Assembly (NCBI GenBank): GCA_002633005.1
Contig: NMRA01000057.1
Span: 180,469-244,468 of the forward strand
Reading direction: 5' to 3'
Length of the DNA stretch: 64,000 bases
Source: Phoronis australis
Lineage: Eukaryota > Animalia > Phoronida
A program made the position numbers and the translations under genes. A model generated the notes under the pieces. It was not told the origin of the DNA and ran no database searches. It worked only from the letters and a program-made list of their open reading frames with translations. Positions 37,135 to 49,100 of this stretch are shown one piece after another. Numbering within the stretch: the stretch's first letter is position 1; the number at the start of each line of letters is the position of its first letter.

Positions 37135-40100
37135 TCAATATGGCGGTCTCTGGCCCCTCATCACGCGTCCACCCCTCATGCCACGTCCTTGCTGTGGAGG
37201 AAAAGGCAACCCCCGCCGTGCCATCTGAGCCCCACCTCGTCGATACATCTGACCCCTACTGTGCTGTTGCCCAGGTGGACCGCCACGATAGTGTTGACCT
37301 CGTCCACGTACGACTCCACTCCCTCTAGGCAAGGGCTGGGGTGGCAGTGGTCCACCACGGCGTGGCGCCACTGTCTGTATGGTTTGTGGCTGACTGGTGT
37401 CATCGCCAGTGCTCCACGTGATGCGCTGTATTTTAGGCTTGGATGTAGCTGCAATAACACATACTTTACACAGTGAGACAAGTGATAGTTTATACATTAT
37501 GTGGGGGAACTACATTTCAAGGACCTAATGCTAGATCAGCTTTGTGAGTTTCTCGCAACCAAGAACTTGGGCCTAATGTAGGTTGTCAGATGCCCCCCAC
37601 AATGAGGCCAATGTTTAGTTGACTTGATGGGAAATCTGGTACTTGGGGCTCTTGCAATACTATAGGCCTGAAGCTTAAACTTTATTAGCTAAGTGATCTA
37701 AAAATCAAAAGTTGTTTTTAACAGTAGCTTCAGATTGAACACGCCTTTAAATTAATAAAATATTACAATGAAGCTATTTTTTACACTGGCCAACGATCAA
37801 CTTACTTTGAGTGTCAGTCTGCCCACCCGACCCCATGTCACTCGTACTAGGCTCCTCCTCTTCCTGTTTAGGCTCCGCCCCCTCTTCTGGTGCTTGGTCA
37901 CTACTCTCTTCCTCAGCAGCAATGTCTTCACCTAGCAATATCATTTTCAATTAATGTTCATTTAGTAACTGGGTACAGTTTTACTTGAAATTATAAAATT
38001 ACAAAATCCATAACTTGCTTTTTCCAGTAACCATCAGAAATATGCTACAACAAGTAGAATTTCTGTTCAGCAGAATCAAATAACTTTTTATTACAGTAGG
38101 AAATGATAACTCACAATTTCCAAACGAAAGATCTCACAAAGGGTTCAGCTGTCTGACTTATAAATTTGCCTTATAGCCTCCTGATCCCAATGACTAAAAT
38201 GTGTAAATGCCATCATGGCAAAAGATCAAATCCTGTGGTTGGACCAAAAAACACAGCGAGCCGAAACTTCTAAAATCCAATGACTGGATTCTGCAAACAC
38301 TTAAGACTGGAGAATGTTTACGGCACGGACCGGATTATTTATGAGTGTGGTCAATGAATTGTTTCTCCACCCTACCTCAGAACAAAACTTGGCTAATTGA
38401 AGGTGTTTTTATCCAAGTGTTACGAAAGGTTGGTCATTTACTGCAGCTCTAAAATAAGCGAGATTAAAGTAGAGCAAGGATGTTGTCCAAACAAAGATGT
38501 CAGTCAATCACATTGTACTCGTAGTTTGCGCAACTCTGACTAGAAAAGCATACACAACTGTTCTACACTAAACCCCGTTATGTCCCTATAACTGTACAAT
38601 CTGTATGTTGTATCTGTTCTTACTAAAAGATAACAAACAGGAAAAATAAACTTCCAGAAGTTGAGGCACGATCTTACAGGTTAGGAAAATGACAGAATCT
38701 TTTAAAATTGCTTCCTTTTCTTTTGATACAATAAAACCAAGAAAGAAACTGGCTCTGGAATTTCACTCATTTTCAAGCAGCAGATAATTGCTGCTTCAGC
38801 CTGACGGTGGGCATAACTCAGGATATCAGCAATTATAGACCATGTACAACTTGCAGCTGTCAATCATATTCCACTTCAATCCCAGAATGCCCCACTCACC
38901 ATGTTCAAGATCCTCCTCCCCTTGCTCTCCTTCCAGTACTTCCTCCATGTCTCCATCGCCTTCCAATAATCTACACACAGGGAAAAAAATCATCAATCAC
39001 TGACCTATAAGGGCATGCGAATTCAGTGACCAAACCAGCATCTGCAAATCTGCCTTCCATCTCCAAAAACAGCATTTGGTTTGACCACATACTTTACCTT
39101 AATGAAGTTGATCTCAGACTGTTCCTTCGAAGCGGAGGACATTTCAGGCTTTCAAAAGCCACCGGGTGTCATTTTTACGTGCCGAGCATGGTATTAAGAA
39201 TGAGAAACTATCACTTCTTTGCAAACCGAGAAATCATTCTCATCAACAACACCAATAGTAGAGAAGCGAGTGGTCTAAATCAAACTCTCCCTTCTTTGAC
39301 AGAACACAGACTTATAGAGCTGCTTGAACTAACAAAAAAAATTCCAATAAGAATCCAGAGCGCTTTGGAGAGGTATAACTAAGAGACTGTTGACAGACGC
39401 GATGGCTCCCACACTTGGAAAGTTCTGTCAAACAACAGAGAAGTATTGCCCCATTTTGCCATGACTGGCAGTGTTCACTGAGGTGATGGCTAACAAAAAC
39501 GAGACATCGTCATGTTTCGCCACTGGAGCACGGTCTCAACAACTTCCACTTGCCCAAACATGGTAATAAGTGAATGCCACAAAGGTGACCGCATACGACT
39601 GAACAGCGTCGGTTATTTTAAGGTTTACAGACACATAAAAATGTCTTTTCAGTTTCTAATTTCAGCCGTTATTCGCAATTTGTAATCAAATATTCAAACA
39701 TGTCACAAGGTGTCTGACTATAAAATATGTGCACTTCAATCAAACTGTCCAACTGCTGCTCTTCAAAGATTGTGGGTGATAAAAGCCAGGGCAGAAAAGG
39801 TAAATTGTAACAAGCCATTACCATTAACTGAAATGCAGAAAAACCACGAAGAGACAATGTCATAACAAACATGAATTATTACTAATTGTGAGGTTCTATT
39901 AAAATGCTTCTTGCTGATATATTCTAGTCATGGAAGATTCTTGTAATCTTGTATCACTTGGCAATCCTTTTTAAGACATTCAGTCACACATTGTCAGTGG
40001 GTTACTTATTAAAAGTGAATGGTGCACTGTTATCAGTCTCTGATTAGCATTTAAAAACATAATATTGAGCTCTAATTTAAAAACGTTTCACAATAAAATT

Positions 40101-43100
40101 TCAGTACCGGCAGACATCTGTTCGTGATTTTCGTCCTGTGCCCACTATACCAACAACAGCATCACACGGGTCAAGCACCACCTAACTGATATATATTATA
40201 CTTTAATTCAATGACTGTAAAAACTCCCTTACTCCTGGCTCTCTGTGACCTCTCCTTCATGCTCTGCAGTAGCGCCCTCTTGCGTGTCCTCCTGAGTCTC
40301 TGTGTCACCTGGAGCAAGGCCAGCATCGGGTGCTGCTGATTCTGATGGCTCCGTTTCATGCTGTTGCAGTTGCTGTCCAACAGGGGGAGGTGTGATGGTG
40401 ATGGGAGGGGTCGGCAGGAGGGGCGTGGTGGGAACGCTACGCCCTGTACCCTCATCGAACTGCGACAGGTCCATGCGCGTGTCATCCATACCCATTGCTG
40501 CATGAGGAGCAAGCACAATGCAATGTCAAACTGATTTCCATTCAAACTACTGATTGGTAAAGAGTTCTCCTATACTTCTGACTGTTAATGAATTACTGCT
40601 CATCAGTAGTTATACTCCTTCCCATATTTTGCACTACAGCAGACGGAATATAGCCCTGTAATCCGCTGAGCAGCTGTTCGGTCATAAACACGGACAACCG
40701 TAAAACAAATAGAAGATACGAAATTAATACATTGATACTAATTCTATGTTTTTGCTAGGAAAAAACACAAAGATGGCATCTAGCATTTGCCATCAGGGGT
40801 TGAATGTTGAGCCTCTCTCACTATGTCCTATATCAACCTATGCACTACCACGTACCTCCTTGAGAAGCCAACTGCGCCAATTCAGGGTGAGACTCAGAAC
40901 TACCAAAGAATCCGGAGGCATGACCCACCATAGGAGAGCTACAACATAACACAACACAATATTACAAATAAGAAAGAGAGCTACAACATAACACAACACA
41001 ATATTACGAATAAGAAAGAGAGCTACAACATAACACAACACAATATTACGAATAAGAAAAAAGGATTAAGAGAATCACTCCTAAAAATCCTAAGATAATA
41101 CAAGGTAAAAATAAGGGGAGCCTTTCAAATAGCAACCTGCCAACTGATCATATAAGACAAGATAGCAGTGACATCTGAAGTACGAGGAAGCAATTTGAAT
41201 CTCGCTTGAAACTAATGACATCTAATCATACACATTTAAATAGGGTCTTTTCACAAAGTCAAAATGTTCCCATATGTTATAACCCGTGAAGAAAAAGAAC
41301 CTCCTGAAACAGCAAGGTGGTGACAAAAGTGACTGGTCCCATGTCATCAACATTGATTGCTCTCAGAAAGTTTACCATTGGCCTGAACTATTGAATTTTC
41401 AAAACTACGCCATAACACAGACCTAGAGCAAAGTAAATTCAACTGGGATGGACACGGTACACTAGCCCTCACTTCTTACAGCAATACAGATAACTCAAAC
41501 GGACCACATTAAAACAAACTTGATTGATAATACTGTACCCGTGTTATCTACTCTTGTCAAAAATATGGTAAGGAGAATTTGTAGACAAATTACAGAAAAA
41601 ATACTGATGTTCAAATCAGAGGTAAGAATAAAAAGACAGGCGGAACTAAATTTGAAGGATGGCAACAAACTGGGTCAATTTGAAAAACTTCCGAGTTAAA
41701 TTTACTCCATATCTTACAATCTGTAATGAGTCTGACAAGACTACACAGTGGCTTATAACCGTGAACATTTTCGTAAGCATGCAAAAAATGAAGTTCTGTC
41801 TCCTGTTCTCTGAAACTTCACTTACATTAACAGTTTTCAACAACTTCTTGTAACCAGACAACTGAGTTGGACTACCAGATGTTCTAAGTTGAAACGGAAA
41901 ATAATTGTGACAGACTTTGCACATGAAAATCACCTGACAGCCTCGGCAAACCCATCGCTGCGTCGTGGCAAGAATAGAGTAGGTGTGCTTGGAACAATAC
42001 CGTCGTCACCCTCTTCAAATGCCCCGGCTTGGTTCTGAAAATAATTTCAGACATATTGACTGTATACGTGGAGACACATAAAACGTTAAACAAACCAGTG
42101 ACCAGGATCACACACGAAACTTAAAGTAAAAAAAGCACACGTAGTCCAAGCACGCAATGTGAATGGTCAAATTTCAAGTCATGCTTCAAGAACAGAGATT
42201 GGACCTTGGGCCAAGGAGCTGCTTTTGCTGCTGCCGTCAGCAGTAAAGCTAAGTAAAAGTCACAATCCATTTTGTAGCCACTCACTGTGAACAATCGAGA
42301 TCTGTTGGTAAGAGGAAGGGCATCAATCACAACTAAGCTTACTTTTGTGGCTTCTCTTGTTAAGATGCAAGGGAATAGAGATAATACTTAGAGAAACTGC
42401 AGCACACTTAGCTGTTGTCCACTTAAAGAACACGATAGATTTTGTTTATACATCTAAAAAAAGCAGTTCACTTCTCAATATTAACCAACAAAGCATCACT
42501 ACCGTTAGCAGTGCTCTCTACATAGAAAAGCATATCACACCTGAAAAAGTCAGTTCTCCTTCATGTTTCAAATAAAAAACAAGTAGTACAGCGAAATGAG
42601 AAAACCAAAACCCAGAAACCAAGCGAGTCATCAGGCAATCATACTTCATTTGTACTTTGTAAAAGCTGCACTAGGTGTGGCACTCCATAAGTGCAAAAAA
42701 GTGAACCTTAACTGCAACCAATATATGTTTGCTTCTGCACAAGATTTAACAAATAGAAGCATTGAAAGGTACAGACTGAAATCAACAAACTTACAGCAAG
42801 AGCGAACGGTGTAAGTCCTGGTCTTCCAACAGAGGGCAGCCTCTCTAACCGACTCTGCACTGGCTGAAGGTGAGACATTGATGGCACACTCACTACTGAC
42901 GCCTGAGACACCTCCGCGGTTTCTTCAGGCCCAGTCTCCTCAACAACAATGATGTCGTCATCATCATCATCTTCATCATCATCATCGTCATCACCGTCAT
43001 CGTCTGCAGTGGGTTCTTCTTCTTCATCTTCCATACTTTCTTCCTGAGAATATGCTTGAGTGTATTGATCGCCATCTGTTTCAGGATCATCGACCTCCTG

Positions 43101-46100
43101 CCAAAGGTGAAAGGTCATGAATACAAAGGTGAAAGGTCATGAATATAAAGGTGAAAGGGAAGGTGGAGCTATACCTCTATCACTGTCAAGTATTTTGAGA
43201 ACTGCATTTCCTGGAGACAAATAAATTTCGAAGATTTGCAGAACATAAGGTGCAATCACTAAAAACGCTCTCAAATTCTTCTTTCTCGGTGGATTGTTAT
43301 GAATCTTTGCAAGCGAGCTGCACACACATTACTCTTATAATTCAAAATGATCACATCATATATTGAGGCAGGTGAAGCAGCCAAGATTTCAAGTGAAAAA
43401 CACTATTAATGAAGGGTTTTGATTGACGTATACATAACCCGCCAGCCAGGGTACATACCTCATCTCATGTCTACATTTCAAGTTCGGATCATGAATCAGA
43501 ATAGTCATGAAATTTGAGTTAATTAAATCTCAGTGATGGACACTTCAGAGGCTATCCATCAATGCAATCACAATTCGACAGAAAAGTGATTAACAGAAAT
43601 TTCTCCAAAAAAGAGAAAAAAACAGAAAAACTTGGCTTTTGTTTGGTGTTTGGTAAAACTGTCACCTGATTATGTTGTCAAACTGCATTTATCTCCCATG
43701 AAAATTAGGATTAACTAGGCCAAGAACAGAAAAGAACCTAATTTGCTGAATGTTCCAGTTGGTAATGAATGGGAGTCTCCCTAAAGACACGCCAGGCAGT
43801 GAAAAATCTAAGCTGGCTAGGAAACTAATGTCACTTGGCGATACAAGTTCTAAGGAAAAAATGCAAAAGGACGACATTTCACAAAGAATACCTTCTTCAA
43901 TTCACGGTGAATAAAACACTTCCCCCCCCCCCCAGAGGAGACAATTCGCAACAAAGAGAGATAAACTGCAGCAATTGCAAATAAACTAACCAGAGGAGAC
44001 AACTCACCTCGTAGTTTGCGTCATCAGGCTCCATGTATTCCGTGACTCCTTCAAATTCCTCTTCCTGGCGATCATCATCATTATCATAGCCTTGGCTGTC
44101 ATCATCCTCCTCCTACATAAACAACCAATTGTTTCAAACAGGCGGTAAAAAACAAACAATTCAATGAACAGTCCTCGACCAGAAGAAAATAGAAGAATTA
44201 CAAGAAACCGGGTAGTTTGCTAAAATTTTTATGTGTTTCCTTGTTTTTTCACAGATCAATGGAATCTCACGAGTGTAGTTAATGCACAGATCCCGTTGAA
44301 TAATTTAAGTCAAATTCAGTGATGGTTCTTCCACCTAATTCATGCCATTACGATGTTTAAAATGCTCCCTATTGGAAAATATTCTCCGCATTTGCTCAGT
44401 CCATCTTGCTCACAACACATGCTACAGATCACCACAAGATGTCTTTCAACCTAAGATAAACATTGAGCAATTTTAATATGAAACTATCAATCCTTTACAG
44501 CAATGCAATTCAATCTTTCATCCTACGACGTAAAACATCTATTGTGAAATTTCTTGATCAAATTATTAATTTCACTGACCTCCTCTTCCTCTTCATCCCC
44601 ACTCTCAACAACGATGACGTCATCATCATCATCATCATAACCACCACCCTCATCTGCCTGCCCTCCAGGTGTCTCCCCTGTCTCCTCGGCCAATATCCCA
44701 GTCAGTGTCGACGGCTCCAGAGTCTGAACTTGACTAATCGCAAGATCAGACATCTCAGAAGTCTCTTGACTGCCTGCTGGTTCTGCGTCTGTCATAGCCT
44801 TATCTTCTTGGGTAGTAGAGATGCCTTCTAATGACTGGAAGGACATCTATTAAGCATTATTGTTGCACTACGTAACGAGGATAATTTTGACGATCACATT
44901 CACGTTCAAATACGCTAATTTGTCATTTATTTAGCACACAACACGGCCGACAAGTGAAATTTTCTTTTGTTTAATTTCGCATTAAAGGTAAAGATTAAGA
45001 ACAGTTTAGTCTATTACAAGCATGAGTTTTAGTGCAGATGTCATAAAACTGCCTTTGCTGAAACTCACATTATTTTTAAGGTAATCAGCTTTTGAAAAAT
45101 AGAAAGTAACAATTTAGGCTCCATATTTTTTCCAAAATAAGAGAGTTATGACTTGACTTTTTTCTAAATCACTCAGGAAAATTAAAGTAGATATTTTCAG
45201 AAAGTGCAAAGCCTGTTTGACTACACCAATCTGCCATTAATTAGGTCACGTGACCGTGTACTTTTTAGCAAAATTTAGCACAAAGAGGCACATCCAGAGC
45301 AAAACAACAGAATCACTCGACCGAATTTCAATTGATACAAAATGTCTGCGATGAAATCTTAAACAGTTGTTGTAGTTTCTAAATTATTATTTCGTGCTCG
45401 TTTTGAGCAAATTATCATTTTTTTCATAAAAATCTTAAAAATCCTATTTTTGGAAGCTCCTCATGCAAAAGTACAACATTTTAAAAGCAATTCCTAACGG
45501 CGTTTTGGTAATCAGTGCCCAAAACGTTGTATCTAAAGTTTCCAGTCAGCCATTTCTGAGATATCGTGTTGCAAAGTTTGCCAAATTTGGACATTTGCCT
45601 AGGGTCCTACATAACCTTAAAGAAAAATTAGGAAAATTCTTGAATTCAATCTTCAGCAACAACGGTTTGTCAATATGTTAAGCCCAGAAATGAATGTTAA
45701 TCAGACTATGGTATACCTTCAGGCAAACTTTATAACACTAAGGGATACTTTTCACATAAAAAATGCCAAAGAGAGAGACATTGGGACTTTAAACAAAAAA
45801 GCAGATTATTGATCGGTTACCTTTTAATCACTTCTCGGCAACCTGCAATAAGATCATTCAGAAGGTGCATTGCAGCATAACTTACCTGCTGTTGACTCTC
45901 TCCCTGTTGAGCGCCCTCTTCAGGTTGGGGCGACCGTTGCTCCTCCTGAGTTTCCTGCAAATACAATAAGCATACCATAACGATGCTATATGCAGTTTCT
46001 TCCAATCTAATCACAACACATCAGCTACGACAATGTAAAGGAAAATTTCAAGACAACTGAATACTAACTCACTATAAACCATATGGCATATACCAATATG

Positions 46101-49100
46101 AGAAATCCATAATATAGTGTATGGAAGACATAAAAAATCCTTTAACAAATGAAAACTCATGAGGAAAATTAAAGACAAAAACTGGGTAATCCTCAATGTT
46201 TTGCCAACACAGTACAATAATCTATTCAGCTAATCTACCAGATTCTATTCAAAGAGATTAAATATGTAACAGACAATTAATTCATCTGCTACAGAAATGC
46301 GAACAAACGCACAGCCTGACAACATAGACATGAGTACTTCCTCATTCATGTGGTTGACATTTGGGCATTGGGAAAGTTTGATTACACTTTCATTTTTCAT
46401 TATCTGTCAATCAAGGTGAAATTACTACACCCCCATCTTCCTTACTGTGACAGGATTCTACTTCATTCACCAACAAATCACCAAAACCAACAGCGACTCA
46501 AGAAAACATTCCAAAGTTTATTGGGGTTCGCCAACCCTAAAATTGCGGACTCGAAAATGATCGCTAAACAGGGGTAAAATGTAGCTGTAAAAATAAAATT
46601 TCAAACAGAAACCTGCAAATGCGAACTTGACTTTTGTCCTTATGACATAGTTTACCTCATAGGTACATAAATTACAAGAGCAACGCAGAGCGTTGAAATG
46701 CCCCCACAATTGCACCGCATACGGTGTCCTTCTAGGGTTGTTTATTGGTACCATAAAGTGGCCAGCAGAGGGCATATATGTAGTATGTTGTACTTTGCAA
46801 AATGGAAAGGCATGGTCATTGTCTCCTCAATAGGCTAGGGGCAAAATGCGAGTAATCTTCATAATACAAGCACATCCTATACACCAGTTGCTTAAAGCAC
46901 ACCAGAAACATAGAATTAAAAACAAATTTACCAACATACGAGATTAGCACAGCATTAGAATGCCAGAAACAAATTTCTACTTGGAACTTTTCCTTCATAG
47001 TCACGAAGTAACACAAAGTATACACCTGAAGACCTATGAAAATACAGAGGTCAATGTAAAATACTAAAATTGCCACTAGAGGCAAATACTAAAATTGCCA
47101 CTAGAGGCATACCGGTACTCAGAATCATCCTAAAGTCGTCATCGTCCGTTGTTAACATCATATAAATATACTTACACAATTTCGTAAAGATCCTGCGAAC
47201 GGTTTAGGAGATACAGCCATAGGCGCAAAAAAAACAAAACTGCCACTAGGAGGCGCCACAGTAGTTGAAATCGTCGGAAAATCATCGTCAACCGTCCTCT
47301 ACATAGTAAGCATATACATGCCAATTTTCACAATCATCCTTTGAGCAGTTTGGCTGATAGAGGGGTGGACGCACAAAACAGACTCGAAAACACTAAAAAT
47401 GGCCACTAGGTGGCGCAAACTATGTCGAATCCATCTGAAAACGGCAGGATAGCGTCATCTCACTAATACGTGCACACATACCAAATTTCATGAAAATCCG
47501 TTCAGGACTTTGAAGATACAAAGGTAACCGTAAAAAACTAAAATTGCCACTAGGGGGCACACCAGTAGTCGGATCCGTCCGAAAGTTTGCACATGCCGTC
47601 CCATTCATGAATGGAACATATGTGCCAAATTTCATGAACGTACGTCAAAGGGTTTTGGAGATAGAGCAGCGGACGCCGGACGCCGCCCGGACGGACGGAC
47701 GGACGGACGGACAGAGATGACGGCATAATGCGTCCACATATAAATATGTGGGCGCATAATAAACCACAGGATCCACCATACCACAGACTATCTGGATTAT
47801 ATTTTCACAAAATAAATTCGAGAAACTTTTTTATTCAATCTGATCATGATGATAAAAATATATCACTATTCTAGTTTTCTTCATTTCCGGTTTATCGTCT
47901 GCCTCCTCTTCAGTCTCAGTGACGTCTGTCGTCTCTTCCCGCTGACGCTTGGAGCCAGGCTGCACATCCACAGGAGGCTCGGCTGCTTGTGACGTGGATG
48001 GCTGTTCCACAATTGGAGTTACTCCCTCTGAATAAATAAAGGAGCAAAATAAAAAAATGCTATCACTACTACTGCAAGCAGACATTTTGACAAAAATGTC
48101 AAAACACTTAGCATCTGAAAATCAACAAAATTACAAATTTTTAAAGCAAATATTCACAACATAACCTTCCTTCGATGTTCAATTATCAACCAGACAGGTC
48201 TGCTTCTTTTTTAAAGGTGCCATCTGCTTTCCTCGGCTGTTAAAATTCTCAAACAATTTTTGACCAACATGTAATTGTGGCGATTTAAATCAGCCCAATT
48301 ATACAGTATCAGGAAGAACTTGTAGTCTTTTTACACAATTTTCATCTCATAATCTCCTTCACAATATTTGGCATAATATTAATTAACAGGACACAATGAG
48401 ATTTTCGTCAATTTAAAAAGTATCTAGGAATGCACGATCAGGTAAAATGCCACATCATCAAACTATAAACAGTGATTAAACAGAGATATTTAAGACAATA
48501 TAGACACCAGAGCGCAGCACTGCACAATGCTTACCTCCAGCATCCTCCACTCTGGGTGATACAGGTTGCACCTGCTGCGTTGGACGAACAGTATTGGGTG
48601 GAACAACAACTTGAATTTCTATAATTGACGGAAGAGCAAAGAGAACGTACATAACATTTGGCAAAACGTCGTGAAATGAAGTGAAAATTGGTAAAAGCCA
48701 TGGGGGAAATGATTAATTTTATTTATGAATGACATGAATTCAAAAACTATAAAAAACAAAAACATGACCCTATTTTTTACTATGTTTGCACGACATTCAA
48801 CTAAGACGAAAAGTTCGTAATCTTTTGAAGACTCTATGTACTCCTACCTTCGTGGATCTCTTGCTGAGTGGGCAGCACTGTGGCTGTGGGTGTAGAACTA
48901 GGGGGAGATGTAACTGGGGTCTTGGCTATAGGGCGGATCCTGCCCATAACACGACTGCCACCAGATGTCGCCACATGCTGAGCAGAGGGCACTCCTTGAC
49001 GGCTGACAGCTGCAGGTGTGGCCATTGGTCGAATGTTGGCAGTGGGAGGTTCCTGAGTTCCTTGTCTACAAAAAGAAAACAAAACAAACATTTCAATTCA

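Noticed and set aside
39026-39382. 118-aa plus-strand ORF inside a TPR intron
   Set aside because: Non-ATG start, no recognisable domain and no splice support.
40934-41059. Direct repeats that could be mistaken for a CRISPR array
   Set aside because: Contiguous units with no unique spacers, in a eukaryotic intron, and no cas genes.
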